A stretch of 62,602 bases of DNA, filler included, from Chiloscyllium plagiosum (Eukaryota): assembly GCF_004010195.1 (NCBI RefSeq). It is 3 parts of one record of this genome, joined end to end, with 100 filler letters (N's around TTAATTAATTAA, not from the genome) between each part and the next. Parts side by side here need not be neighbours in the genome. Positions count along the whole stretch, not along the records: positions 1 to 30,617 come from NC_057714.1; 2 more parts are not named here. One strand, 5' to 3'. The position numbers and the translations under genes were made by a program. The number at the start of each line of letters is the position of its first letter. Positions within the stretch are counted from its first letter, which is position 1. Below the pieces are notes generated by a model. That model saw only the letters and a list, made by a program, of their open reading frames with translations, was not told the origin of the DNA and made no database searches. Positions 1-12,382 of the stretch are shown here, in pieces.

Positions 1-45
1 TGTGTATGTGTACGTGTTTGTGCATGTGTGTGTGTGTGTGTGTGT
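1..45. repeat. (TG)n microsatellite
   Basis: Imperfect then perfect tg run at the window start. Confidence 0.9.
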
Positions 46-194
46 CAGTCGGAGTCGGTATGCTGTGAAGGAATTTCCACAGAAAACGAGGAGAAGTGGA
101 GCAGTGTTAAAAGAAAGCTGGACACCAGCATGAAATGCTGATACACAGCACTGTACACACTTTACAACAAAGGTGCTGGGGCACCGCTGACAGG

Positions 195-330
195 CGAGTG
201 GGGGGGGGGGGGTGGGGTGGGGAGGTGGTGGTGGCTGTGGAGGAGGGGATTTCTGTGACAAGAGACGCACAGTAGGACACTGACAGACTCTGCTGTATAA
301 AAGCAGGCTGCAGTCACAAAGCCCCTACTG
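195..330 (+). promoter_or_regulatory. Candidate Pol II core promoter (G-rich/G4 tract plus TATAAAA)
   Basis: G-runs at ~198-248 and TATAAAA at 296-302, in non-repeat sequence upstream of an exon-like segment. Confidence 0.3.
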
Positions 331-559
331 TGCCCCACAATGCTACACCATTCCACTCCATGTTGATGGCAGCAGCTGCAATCGTGGTAAACTCAGAGTG
401 CCCACAGGGGCACAAAGCATGCTCGACAGGTTTCACAAATCCTCACGCTGTCCTAATCCCTTCCAAACATTTAGCTGCTTAAAACGCTGCTTGCTCCAGA
501 AATGTCATGCTGATCTGAAAATCCTAATGCTGCTTTTTTTTGTTTCTCTTTCCTTTAAG

Positions 560-620
560 GAATAAAGCTCTGAACTGTGCAGGAATCCAACGGTCTCATT
601 TCGGGGGTAAAAAAAACAAT
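560..620 (+). other. Candidate spliced exon (61 nt)
   Basis: Long polypyrimidine tract ending cctttaAG (558-559) and donor GTAAGT at 621; one open frame (NKALNCAGIQRSHFGGKKNN), not recognised. Confidence 0.4.
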
Positions 621-714
621 GTAAGTGCTGAATTAACCCATCACAGGTTCCCATTTCACTCCAGCTGCTTTGAGCCACTTCGGAGTTTGCTCGCCAGTTT
701 TACTGGTTAGAGAA

Positions 715-820
715 AGGAAAGGCTTGTGTTTATTCAGGACCTTCCACACTCACTGCACATGTCACTTTCATAGCCAATGAGGAAGTTTGAATGCCAGTTA
801 CTTGGTTGTAGTGTCAGGAA
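715..820 (-). mobile_element. Deu-domain SINE (SacSINE1-like), first half, split by a CR1 insertion
   Basis: cactttcatagccaatgaggaagttt...gtagtgtcaggaac appears to continue at ~3615 (gtggcagccaattcgctcacag). Confidence 0.5.
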
Positions 821-3612
821 CAGGCAATCAGAAGCATTCAGAATAAGGTGGGTGAGCTTGCAGCATGGGTCGGTACCCGGGATTTAGAGACATGGCTAGA
901 GGAGGGACAGGAATGGTTGTTGCAGATTCCGGGACTTAGATGTTTCAGCAAGAACAGAGACAATGGTGAAAGAGGAGGGGGTGTAGCATCGTTAATAAAG
1001 GGTAGTATTACAGCAGCTGACAGAACGTTCGAGGACTCATCCACTGAGGTAGTTTGGGCTGAGGTCAGAAACAGAAAAGGAGCAGTCACCCTGTTGGGAG
1101 TGTTCCATAGGCCTCCGAATTGTTCCAGGGATGTAGGGGAAAGGATAGCAGAAATGACTCTCGATAGGAGTGAGAGTAACAGGATAGTTGTTATGGGGGA
1201 CTTTAATTCCCCAAAATTGACTGGGAATACTATAGTTCAAGTAGTTTAGATGGGTCAGTTTTTGTTCAATGTGTGCAGGAGGGCTTTCTGACACAGTATG
1301 TAGACAGACCAACAAAGGATGGTAGCACATTGGATTTGGCACTGGGCATAACCCTGGCCAGGTATTAGATTTGGAGGTAGGTGAGCACTTTGGTGAGAGT
1401 GACCATAATTCAGTTATGTTTACAGTAGCAATGGGCAGATATCGGCATATACCATGGGGAAAGAGATATAACTGGGGGAAAGGCAATTATGATGCGATTA
1501 GGCAAGATAGGATAAGGAAGGAAACAGGGGATGCACACACTTGAAATGTGGACCTTATTCAAGAAACAGGCACTGCGGGTCCTTGATAAATATATATCTA
1601 CCAGGCAGGGAGGTAGTTGTCAAGAGAGGGAGCCACGGTTTACTAAAAAAGTTGAAGCTCATGTCAAGTGGAAGAAGGAGGCTTATGTGAGGATGAGGGA
1701 TGAAGGCTCAGTTAGGGAGCTTGAGAGTTATAAGTTAGCCAGAAAAGATCTAAATAGAGGTCTACGAAAAACCAGGAGGGGACATGAGAAGCTGTTGGCA
1801 GATAGGATCAAGGAAAACCCTAAGGCCTTCTATAGGTATATCAGGAGTAAAAGAATGACGAGAGTAAGATTTGAGCCAATCAAAGATAGTAGTGGAAAGT
1901 TGTGTGTGGAATCTGAGGACCTAGGGGGAAGCACTTTGAATACTTTTTGTCAGTATTCACATTGGAAAAGGGCAATGCTAGTGAGAACACGGAGATACAG
2001 GCCACAAGATTAGATGGGATTGAGGTTGTCAAAGAGGAGGTTTTAGCAATTTTGATAAAGTAGATAAGACCCCAGGGCTGGAAAGGATTTGTCCTCGGAT
2101 TCTCTGGGAAGCTAGGGAGGAGATTGCAGAGCTTTTGGCTTCTACCTTTATGCCATCATTGTTGACAAGAATAGTGCCGGAAAACTGGAGAATAACAAAT
2201 GTTGTTCCCTTGTTTAAGAAGGGGAGTCGGCACAACCCTGGTAGTTATAGGCCAGTGAGCCTTACTTCGGTTGTGGGTAAGGTGTTGGAAAAGGTTACAA
2301 GAGATAGGATTTATAATCATCTGGAAAGGAACAATTTGATTCGGGATAATCAACACAGTTTTGTGAAGGGTTGGTCGTGCCTCACTACTCTTATTGAGTT
2401 CTTCGAGAAGGTGACAAAACAGGTGGATGAAGGTAAGGTAGTTGATGTGGTGTATATGGATTTCAGTAAGGCGTTTGATAAGGTTTCCCATGGTAGGCTA
2501 TTGCATAAAATACAGAGTTTTGGGATTGAAGGTGATTTAGTGATTTGGATCAGAAATTGGCTAGCTGAAAGAAGACAGAGGGTGGTGGTTGATGGGAAAT
2601 GTTCATCCTGGAGCTCAGTTACCAGCGGTGTACCACAAGGATTTGTTTTTGGGGCCACTGCTATTTGTCATTTTTATAAATGACCTGGATAGGGGTGTAG
2701 AAGGATGGGTTAGTACATTTGTGAATGATACCAAGGTGGGCAGAGTTGTGGATAGTGCCGAAGGATGTTGTGGGTTACAGAGGGACAGAGATAAGATGCA
2801 GAGCTAGGCTGTGAAGTGGCAAATGGAGTTTAATACGGAAAAGTGTGAGGTAGTTCACTTGGGAAGAAATAACAGGAATGCAGAGTACTGGGCTAATGGG
2901 ACAATTCTCGGCAGTGTAGATGAACAGGGAGATCTCAGTGTCCAGGTGCAATAATCCCGGAAAATTGCCACCCAGGTTGATGGGGTTGTTAAGAAGGTAT
3001 ATGGTGTGTTGGCATTTATTGGTAGGGGATTACGTTTCTGAGGCACAAGGTCACGCTTCAGCTGTACAAGACACTGGTAAGGCCGCACCTGGAGTATTGC
3101 ATACAGTTCTGGTGGCTGCATTAGAGGAAGGATATGGAAGGTTTGGAAAGGGTTCAGAGGGGATTTACTAGGATGTTGCCTGGTATGGAGGGAAGGTCTT
3201 ACGAGGAAAGGCTGAGGGACTTGAGGCTATTTTCATTAGAGAGAAGAAGGTGGCTTAATCAAGACATATAAGATAATCAAAGGGTTAGATAGAGTGGACA
3301 GTGAGAGCCTTTTTCCAAGTATGGTGACGGCAAACACGAGAGGACATAGCTTTAAATTGGGGGATGATAGATTTCAGACAGATATCAGGGGTAGTGTCTC
3401 TACTCAGAGAGTAGTACGGGTGTGGAACGGTCTGTCTGTAACAGTAGTAGTCTCGCCGACGTTAAGGGCATTTAAATGGGCATTGGACATCCATGTGGAT
3501 AATAATGGAACAGAGTCAGTTAGATGGACATAAGAGTAATTTCACAGGTCAGTGCAACATCGAGGGCCGATGGGCCTGTACTGTGCTGTAATGTTCTATG
3601 TTTTATGTTCTA
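820..3612 (+). mobile_element. CR1-clade LINE (HER1-like), ORF2 APE endonuclease + RT, 5'-truncated and disrupted
   Basis: RGGGVA, GVFHRPP and MGDFN (APE); PLFKKG, YRPVSLTS, YMDFSKAFDKV and SGVPQG (RT); frameshifts and stops; ends in a ttctatg tail. Confidence 0.95.
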
Positions 3613-3614
3613 TG

Positions 3615-3895
3615 AATGTGGCAGCCAATTCGCTCACAGTAAGCCCCTACAATGTGGTAGTGTCCAGTTAATGCAAGCTTTGGTGATGCTGATTGGGGGA
3701 GCCCCTGTTCTGTGTGCCTCAGGATCTTGCACAGATGCCTGAGCAGACAGACAGGCTCCTCAGCTTAAGCCCTCACCAGCACCTTTGATAATGCAGTGCT
3801 CCCTCAGTACTGCACTGGTACGGTCAGCTTTGAGCTCAAGCCCAGCCCTGGGATTTGCACCTGGAACCTTGGAGGCTAGATGAAATGGCCCTACC
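3615..3895 (-). mobile_element. Deu-domain SINE, second half
   Basis: gcagtgctccctcagtactgcactg is the reverse complement of the Deu core cagtgcagtactgagggag. Confidence 0.6.
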
Positions 3896-3899
3896 ATCT

Positions 3900-4275
3900 G
3901 CGGTGGCATGGTGGCTCAGTGGTTAGATTTTTAGATTAGATCAGATTCCCTACGGTGTAGAAATAGACAGTACCACTGCTTCGCAGTGCCAGGGACCTGG
4001 GTTCGATTCCAGCCTCAGATGCCTGTCTGTGTGGTGTTTGCACATTCTCCCCGCGTCTGTGTGGGTTTCCTCCGAGTGCTCCCACACAATCCAAAGGTGA
4101 GCAGCTTAGGTGGATTGGCCATGCTAAAGTGCCCAGGAATGTGCAGGCTATGTGGATTAGCCACGGGAGATGCAAAGGTTACAGGGATAGGGATGGTTCT
4201 GGGTGGGATGCTCTGCGGCAGGTCGTGTGGACTTGATGGGCCGAAGGACCTGTTTCCACACTGTAGGGACTCTAT
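3900..4275 (+). mobile_element. HE1-like tRNA-derived V-SINE
   Basis: A box tggctcagtggttag, B box ggttcgattcc, V domain tttgcacattctccccg...gggtttcctcc, and CR1-like tail gggccgaagg.cctgtttccacactgtaggga. Confidence 0.9.
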
Positions 4276-4649
4276 ACCAACTGAGTCATGGTTGACAGTC
4301 ACTTAGCACCCTCCTTATCCTGTTCCACCCTTAAAGTGTTCTTGCAGCATAGTTCCCTGTCCCTGGGTGCTCTCCTGATCTCTCAATACATGAGAAACTG
4401 GGCAGCGTCAGCAGGCTATTATGATAGCGACGCACTAAAGCTGAACGTCCTTTAATTCCAACAGCAAGATGCATTTGAATAGCACCTTTGACGCAGAATT
4501 TCCTTGCCCCTCCAAAAAGCCTGACTGAATCGAGCTTGGAAAGAGGAACTCCAGCTGATTTATCTCGCTCACTGAATCAGAGAAGCTGATGGTCTCCCTG
4601 ACAGGATGAATGGATCTGTAAGTGCAGAGGATCTGAGGGACTTTGTTGG

Positions 4650-6400
4650 GGTATGTAGTTAACAATCTGTCCCGGTCCACCCACATTGAGGCCAAGGTCA
4701 AGAAAAGTATAACAATACCTCCACTTCCTCAGGAGGCTAAGAAAATTTGGCATGTCTGTAAAGACTCTGATGAATTTTTATAAATCTTAGAATCCCTACA
4801 GGATCTGAGAATCCCTACAATGTGGAAACAGGCCCCTCAGCCCAACAAGTCCATCCTGACCCTCTGAAGAGTATCCCACCCAAAGCCATTCCTCTACCCT
4901 ATTACTCTGCATTGACCCCTGACTAAGTCACCTAACCTGCACATCTCCGAACGCTATGGGGCAATTTGGCATGGCCGATTCACCCTAACCTGCACATCTT
5001 TAGACTGAGGGAGGACACCGTAGAAGACACTCTATCCGGATGCATTGTGGCTTGGTAGGGCAACTGCTCTGCCCAGGACGGTAAGAAACTACAGAGAGCT
5101 GTGAACACAGCCCAGTCCATCATGCAAGCCAAAGTTTGCACTAAAATGATCGGTAGAGTAAAGTGTGCATAGGACTGTGAAACTTTGCAAAGGGACAATT
5201 GAGTGGGCAACGGTCTGGCAGATGGAGTACAATGTTAGCAAATGTGAAGTCATCCATGTTTGGTAGGAATAACAGCAAAAAGGACTAGTATTTTAATGGT
5301 AAAAACATATTGCAGCATGCTGAAGGACAGAGGGCGTCCTTGTGCATGAATCACAGAAGGTTAGTCTGCAGGTCCAACAGGTAATTAGGAAGGCAAATGG
5401 AATTTTGTCCTTCATTGCTGAAGGGCTTGAGTTTAAAAGCAGGGAGGTTATGTTGCAGGTGTACAGGGTGCTGGTGAGGCCACACTTGCACTACTGTGTA
5501 CAGTTTTAGTCTCCCTACTTGAGAAAGGATGTACTGGCACTGGAGGGGATGCAGAGGAGCTTCACTGGGTTTATTCCAGAGATGAGAGGGTTGGCTTATG
5601 AGGGGAGATTGAATAGACTAGGATTATATTCATTGGAATTCCGAAGAATGGGGAAGGATCTTATAGAAACGTGTAAAGTTCTGGAGGGAATAGATAACAT
5701 AGACGTGGAGAGGGTGTTTCCACTGGTGGGTGAAACTCGGACAACAAGGCATAGCCTTAAAGTTAGGGGGAGCAAATTTAGGACCGAATTGAGAAGGAGC
5801 TCCTTCACCCAGAGGGTTGTGAATCTGTGGAATTCCCTGCCCAGTGAAATGGTGGAGGCCTCCTCAGTAAATATCGATAATTTTTTGAGCAGTAAAGGAA
5901 TTAAGGGTTATGGTGAGAGGACAGGTAAGTGGAGCTGAGGCCGTGTAAAGGCCAGTAATGATCTTATTGAATGGCAGAGCGGGCTCGAGGGGCCTCCTCC
6001 TGCTCCTCGTTCCTACATTGTTGTGTAAGCCAACCTTCCATCTATTGACTCCATCTACACTTCTCGGGAAGGCAGCCAACATAAAGAGCCCTTTCACCCC
6101 TCTCTTCCAACCTCTTCCATCAGGCAGGAGATATAAAAGTTTCAACACACGTACCAACTGACTCAAAAACTGCTGTTTCCCAGCTGTTATTAGACTGCTG
6201 AATGGATCTCTCAAATTTCAAATCTAATGATGATCTCTTTCTCTGTGTACCTTTTCTGCAGCAGGAACATTGTATTCCTCGCTCCGTTCTATTGCCCTAA
6301 TGCACTATGTATGGTTTGATCTGCCTGTATTGCACGCAAAATGAAACTTTTAACTGTATTGAGGTACATGTGACAATAATAAATCAAATCAAATCAAATT
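4650..6400 (+). mobile_element. Rex1/Babar-like LINE 3' fragment, interrupted by HE1 (~4790-5020, minus) and CR1 (~5131-6020, plus)
   Basis: cttcctcaggaggctaagaaaatttggcatgtc, ggcaactgctctgcccaggac and ccatcaggcaggagatat; (aaatc)n tail at ~6380-6398; aagccaa repeated either side of the CR1. Confidence 0.7.
5131..6020 (+). mobile_element. CR1 LINE 3' fragment
   Basis: ORF 5519-5938 (LEGMQR..RLNRLGLYSLE..FTQRVVNLWNSLP) is the CR1 ORF2 C-terminus. Confidence 0.9.
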
Positions 6401-6429
6401 GATAAAACGGAGATCGGTACCAGGTCATA

Positions 6430-6980
6430 GAAGAGGACATTGGTTAGGCCACTGCTGGAATATTGCGTGCCATTCTGGTCTCCTTTCTGTCGGAAAGATG
6501 TTGTGAAACTTGAAAGGGCTCAGAAAAGATTTACAAGGATGTTGCCAGGGTTGGAGCTACAGGGAGAGGCTGAACAGGCTGGGACTGTTTTCCCTGGAGT
6601 GTTGGAGGTTAAGGGGTAACCTTATAGAGGTTTATAAAATCATGAGGGGCATGGATAGGGTGAATAGACAAAGTCTTTTCCCTGGGGTGGGGGAGTCCAG
6701 AACTAGAGGGCAAAGGTTTAGGGTGAGAGGGGAAAGATAGAAAAGGGACCTAAGGGACAACTTTTCCACACAGAGGCTGGTGGTGCCAGAGGAAGTGGTG
6801 GAGACTGGTAAATTGCAACATTTAACAGGCATCTGGATGGATATATGAATAGGAAGGGGTTAGAAGGATATGGGCCAAATGCTGGCAAATGGGGCTAGAT
6901 TAGATTGGGATATCAGGTCAACATGGACGAGTTGGACTGAAGGGTCGGTTTCTCTATGACTGTGCTGTGCATCTCTATGA
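6430..6980 (+). mobile_element. CR1 LINE 3' fragment
   Basis: YRERLNRLGLFSLE..RLRG.LIEVYKIM; ctctatga tail. Confidence 0.9.
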
Positions 6981-7749
6981 CCCTGTGGATCCCTTTCTGC
7001 ATGACTTAACAATCCTGTGATCCTGGATAAATGTGAGCCTGAGGCTGTGAAAAGGAAAGACAATTGGCTTCATCATTTCTGAGCTAGATCTGAGTTGGAT
7101 GAGGGTTGCTATCTGTGGTGGACACAGGAAGTGCTGGAGATACCAAATCACATACGGTTCACCTTCCGTACCCTCCTCGTTGCCATATGAATCAAGTGTT
7201 AAAGAATTACTGTCTGACCCATAGCAATGTGGTCGACTCTTAACTGCCCCCTGATGTGGCCAAGCAAGCCAATCAATTCAAGGGTAATTACGGATGGGCA
7301 TTAAATGTTGGCCTTCAGGTGGGGACGCTCACAAAAACTATCCCAAACTGTTGCTTTCTGAAAGAAAGCTGCTGGACTTGTTAAAGTCATTTGCTTCCAC
7401 CATCTTGCCTTTGGGATCCCAGTCCATAGATCAGCAAATTGCCTCAGAGATTAGTGTTGAATTTACACTGCTTCTTCAAGTACAGACTATTTCTTATGTT
7501 TCCACTCTTCCAGAGAAGATGAACATTCTCATTATAGTTTCCCTTCTCTCATCTCTGCATTATCCTGTAAATACATCCATACCAAATCTCAACCTTCTTC
7601 CTCCCATCAGAATCTTCCCAATGTATCAATTCACTCCTCATCCTTCCACTTTCCCCATTTGCTCTTTCCCTTTGAACTCTGACATTTAATGCTCCTTGTA
7701 AAGATTTATCAAGTGATTAGCGAACGCGAGGCAAATTGTTAGATCCAAG

Positions 7750-8148
7750 AGGGCCTCATGCCTGAAACGTTGATTCTCCCGCTCCTCGGATGCTGCCTGA
7801 CCTGCTGTGCTTTTCCAGCACCACACTCTCGGACCCTGATCTCCAGCCCTCACTTTCTCCAAGTTGATTTCAACCCTCCTGCCATGTCTCTTCCGAGGAT
7901 GAAGAAATTCTCCTTCTCTCTCACTGCATGCCCCAAGTACCTACTACATTCCCAGCTACCTACCTCCCAGCTCCACCCACCTCCCATTTATCTCTCAGCA
8001 CCCCAAGCCCACAAGCCTCATTCCCGATGAAGGTTTAATGCCTGAAATGTCGATTCTCCTGCTCCGATGATGCTGCCGGACCTACTGCGCTTTTCCAGCA
8101 GCATGCCCTCAACTCTGATCTCCAGCATTTGCAGTCCTCACTTTCTCC
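7750..8148 (+). mobile_element. Penelope-derived element (family A) with two direct pLTR copies and degenerate hammerhead motifs
   Basis: gcctgaaa(c/t)gt(t/c)gattctcc...gatgctgcc.gacct.ctg.gcttttccagca...ctcactttctcc occurs at ~7760-7860 and again at ~8040-8148. Confidence 0.7.
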
Positions 8149-8607
8149 CTGTTCCTTCCAATAGCAAACCAGGCAGTTCCATTCCCTCACTGTATCCCCA
8201 TGGGTCAGCAGACTTTTAAATCAATGTCATTTGTTCTCTTCCCCTTCTACCTTTCATGTTTCGTATAAGCAGGAAATGATATCTCGGTGTAATATTTGAG
8301 ACACGGAACGACTTGCTAAATCTGTGGCTCCACCACACATCACTCCAGCCCTTGCACGGATTTAAGCGTTCCCACTCCACGTTTACATTTCTCTCCAGTG
8401 TCTTATTCCTCCTTACCTCTGTCATCCCCTCCAGCCTCACAACCCTCAGAGATACTTGCCATCCTCTGACTCTTTGGAGGGCAACTTTGATTTTCATCGT
8501 TCTAATGGCTGATCCCTCATGATCCGTCACCATCCCTCGCCACGTGCCAGGATCAGATGGCACAGTCTCAGAATAAAGGGCTGCAAATTTGAGACTGCGA
8601 TCATAAG

Positions 8608-8895
8608 GGGAGGTGATGGCCTAACGGTACAATCGATGGACTGTTAATTCTGAGACCCAGCTAATGTTCCAGGGACCTGGGTTTGAGTCCCTCTATGGCA
8701 GATGGTGGAATTGAGTTCAATAATTTAAAAATAAATCTGGAATTATGAGCCTAATAATGACCGTGATTCATTTTTTGGGGGGAAAAACTCATCTGGTTGC
8801 CCCTTTAGGGAAGGAAACTGCCATCCTTACCGAGACTGGTCTACATATGGCTTCAGACTCAAAGCGATGTGGTTGACTCTTAATTGCCCTCTGAG
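8608..8895 (+). mobile_element. tRNA-headed SINE with Meta-like core (other copies ~11380-11740-, 15790-16050+, 19260-19640-, 39915-40170-, 45915-46255+, 51065-51400+, 58055-58215-)
   Basis: Recurrent catctggt...tttagggaaggaaa.ctgccatccttacc...tgtggttgactcttaa.tgccctctg; family name from memory. Confidence 0.6.
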
Positions 8896-8898
8896 GAT

Positions 8899-9845
8899 TG
8901 TAACGAGGTCAGCTAGCTGGATGAGTTCCCTGATTGGGGCAGTTATGCTGGTCCAATCAGGGAGCCCTGCCTGACAGATAAAAAGGGTAATGTGTCCACC
9001 TCTTCTCCCTCATCCACCGTCCGGACACCATTGGCGTGCCCATTTGCCACCGGGCGGTGGGGATCCCCAGTGGAGGGCTCTCTACGTGGGAGTCCTCCCC
9101 CTTTCTCTCGGGGATCTGGGGTGGAGGGTGTTGCACGCAGCAGTCCCCTGCAACCGCAGATTGCAGTGGTTCACGGACTCCCAGCCCAACTGCTTGTTCT
9201 GTGGCGCTGTGGAGTCCGTGGACCACGTGTATATTGGGTGTGGGCATTTGCACTCCCTTTTTGATTTTCTNNNNNNNNNNNNNNNNNNNNNNNNNNNNNN
9301 NNNNNNNNNNNNNNNNNNNNNNNNNNNNNNNNTAGTCCCTACCCTCCCCTTCACTGTTTTGATCACACAGCACTGCCCTTTGATGTGAAGGGCAGTGTTT
9401 GTCACTGGCCACCCGGGTGTTTTCCTATCTTCCTGGTGGTGGAAATTGAATAAAGATTCGTGCACCTTGTGTCTTTCACTGTGTCTCACACCTGCACACA
9501 CACACACCATGGGTGCTGGGGGAAAAAACAATTCACAGAGGATTTAGAATCCCCTCAGTTCAGGGCACTGACTCTGCGCTGGCTGGTCTACAGTCAGTAT
9601 TCCTGCTGGTACTGAGGAGGGAAGTTTCTTTGTCTGATCTCCCTTGTTTAGGGAAGGTATTTGTTTCTTCTTTTGGGTTTCTTTATAGTTGTGTTTGTTT
9701 TTTCTTTGTTTTGAGCTGTGCCAAATAAAAGGGGGAATGTCAGAGATGCTGACTCCGTACAAGGCTGTACTAATGAGAAGGATTGTTCATGTGTAAATAA
9801 AGGGTGACTTGGTGATGGATACCAGCCTCTGGGGGGTTAGTTTGA
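8899..9845 (+). mobile_element. Solo LTR (TG start, CCAAT, TATA-like motif, AATAAA), split by a Tx1-like insertion
   Basis: tgtaacgagg...ccaatcagggagccctg...ataaaaaggg (8899-8988) resumes at ~9725 as ataaaagggggaatgtcagag...aataaagggtgacttggtgatggataccagcctctg. Confidence 0.55.
8990..9530 (+). mobile_element. L1/Tx1-clade LINE 3' end (zf-RVT CCHC domain + 3' UTR)
   Basis: DLGWRVLHAAVPCNRRL...CLFCGAVESVDHVYIGC; aataaa at ~9449; spans a 62-N gap (9271-9332). Confidence 0.85.
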
Positions 9846-10754
9846 GGGGAGTTTCCCCTCTCAGAGCCATTGGAACTCCTTGTCACAGAGAGCTGTTGGG
9901 AGCAGAGTCCTTGTGTCTATTTAAGGCTGAGATTGATAGATTGTTGATCGGGAGGGGAATCAGGGGTTACTGGGAAGGAGCAGAAAAGTGGCTGTGAGCA
10001 ATGTCAGATCAGCAGGTTTGAGGGACCGAAAGGACTACTCCTGTTTGCTATGGTCTCCAGTTGCTAGGCCTCAGGCTCTGGAGTTCCCACCCAAAACATC
10101 TTTGTCTCTCTGCGTCTCTCTCGCTCTGCTCCTTTAAGATGCTCCTCAGAGTCACATCCTAACATCACCTCCGGTTGTGGGGCTGGATATCAGACTTTGT
10201 TGGCCAAGGCTGCTCATGTTGTTTTCATGTGCAGAAGGCGTTACGTAAATGCGGGCTGCTACGGTGGACTTTGCAAGTCACCAATGTATGGCTTTTGATG
10301 TTACGGGAACTGTGGCTGTGAGGTAGCTGGAGCAGAAAATGTGAATGGGTTGTATTCAAGCTATAGTCCAAGCTTCCAACCTAGCTCCCTGAAAGCCTGT
10401 CTAACATCCTCAGCACTCCTCCTACCTATAGCCACAGCATTGCACTGAAAAGAGAAGAGGAAATGATCATATCTGACAGGATTCTTGCAGATCAATTGTA
10501 AACAAAAAATAAAGTCATTTGCAGTCTAAGGAGACAATCGAAGTTAATCAGAACTGCTTTTGCTGGTTAGTGGGACAAAATAGAGGCATTGTTTGATTGT
10601 GCATTTCAAATACAGGAGTTAATTTTGTGCAATAGAGTATTAGAGGTTTAGAGCATAGAGAAAGGCTATTCACCCCATCAAGCCCAACCCTGTGCCAATG
10701 GGGTTTTTTTCTGGGCTGTAGGTATCTATGACTCAAATATATAAAGGCATCCTC

Positions 10755-11360
10755 TCACAGACAGTGGCTCAGTGGATAGCACTGCTGCCTCTACAGCAAC
10801 AGGGATCTGGGTTCGATTCCAGCCTTAGGGCACTGTCTGTAGGAGTTTGCACATTCTCCCTGTTTCTGTGTGGGATTCCTTCGGGTGCTCTGGTTATAAC
10901 AAACAATAGGGGCAGGAGTAGGCCATTCTGTCCTTCGAGCCTGCACCACCATTCATTATGATCATGGCTGATCATCCTCAATCAGTATCCTGTTCCTGTC
11001 TTATCTCCATAACCTTTGATTCCACTATCCTTAAGAGCTCTATCCAACTCTTTCTTGAAAGTATCCAGAGACTGGGCCTCCACTGCCCTCTGGGGCAGAG
11101 CATTCCATACACCCACCACTCTCTGGGTGAAGAGATTTCTCCTCAACCCTCTCGCAGTCCAAAGGTGTTCAGGTCAGGTGGATTGGACAGGTTAACTTGC
11201 CCCATCGTGTCCAGGGATGTGTAGGTTGGATGAATCAGCCAAGGTACGTTGGGTTTGTGGATATAGGTGGGATATTCTGGGTGGAATGCTTTTCAGTGGG
11301 TCAGTGCAGACTCGATGGGCCAAATGGTTTCTATCCACATTGTAGGGATTCTATTCTATG
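10755..11360 (+). mobile_element. HE1 V-SINE interrupted by an inverted CR1 tail (~10895-11145)
   Basis: SINE head and tail separated by ggcaggagtaggccattc...ctgggtgaagagatttctcctc. Confidence 0.8.
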
Positions 11361-12119
11361 ATTATATCCTTAGAAAGGCCAGCATTTCTCATTCATCCCA
11401 AATGAGTGGCTTATTTAGGCCATTTCAGACTCAACCACAGTGCTGTGGGTCTGGAATCACGTGTAGGCCAGACCAGGTAAGGAGGGCAGATTTTCTCATT
11501 CTGGAAGAAGAAACAGGCAGGTTTTGAAAAACAATCAATGTTAGAATATCTATAAGCTTCCAGTTTCAGACTTTATTTAATTACTGGTCTATAATTACCC
11601 GTTTATTTGCTAGTAATTGAATTTAAATTCCATGAGTTAATGAATTTACAGCATTAGCTGCCATGTATGAGATTTGAATTCACCCCAGAGGATTAGACCA
11701 GGCCTCTGTATTATCAATCTGATGACAATACTACACACAATCATTGGCCCTTATGTTTACAACTGAACTGTGAACTCTCCAGAAAAATCTAAAACTGAGC
11801 TTGATTTGTAATGTGGAGTACAAGTTGGGGCAGACAGGTATGATTATTGTTTTCCAATATCATTTCAGGAGGACAATCGATCACGCTGTCTCTGTGAGGG
11901 CTATTGGACAGGGTATTGAGAGAGGAAAGGTGTGTACAGAGCAGAATGATCAGTCTGTGGTTACTAAGTCAGGAGTGGAGTTGTATGACTGAGGCCTACA
12001 GAACTGGCAGTGAAAGCACAACCCTCCAAATGTGCCATCCTCATAACTCTCCACATGCCCTTCCCCGTGACCCTCCAAATGTCCCTCTCGGCACCGTCCT
12101 CTTGACCTGATCCACCTGT

Positions 12120-12382
12120 GGGCGGCACGGTGGCACAGTGGTTAGCACTGCTGCCTCACAGCGGCTGACACCCGGGTTCAATTCCAGCCTCAGGCGACTG
12201 TCTGTGTGGAGTTTGCACATTCTCCCCGTGTCTGCGTGGGTTTCCTCCGGGTGCTCCGGTTTCCTCCCACAGTCCAAAGATGACATGTAGGGGTATGGGT
12301 GGGTTGCGCTTCGGCGGGTCGGTATGGATTTGTTGGGCCGAAGGGCCTGTTTCCACACTGTAAATAATCTAATCTAATCTAA
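12120..12382 (+). mobile_element. HE1 V-SINE, low divergence (further copies ~14763+, 16305-, 22745+, 25160-, 26745-, 32150+, 33290+, 35545-, 37100-, 39618+, 41310-, 41762+, 46735+, 48607+)
   Basis: gggcggcacggtggcacagtggttagcactgctgcctcacagc...; (aatct)n tail. Confidence 0.92.

Noticed and set aside
848..2807. Active reverse transcriptase gene
   Set aside because: Multiple frameshifts and stops; the catalytic motif is degraded to FVNDTK.
12120..12190. tRNA genes at SINE heads
   Set aside because: A/B boxes run directly into the V domain and LINE tail; these are tRNA-derived SINEs.
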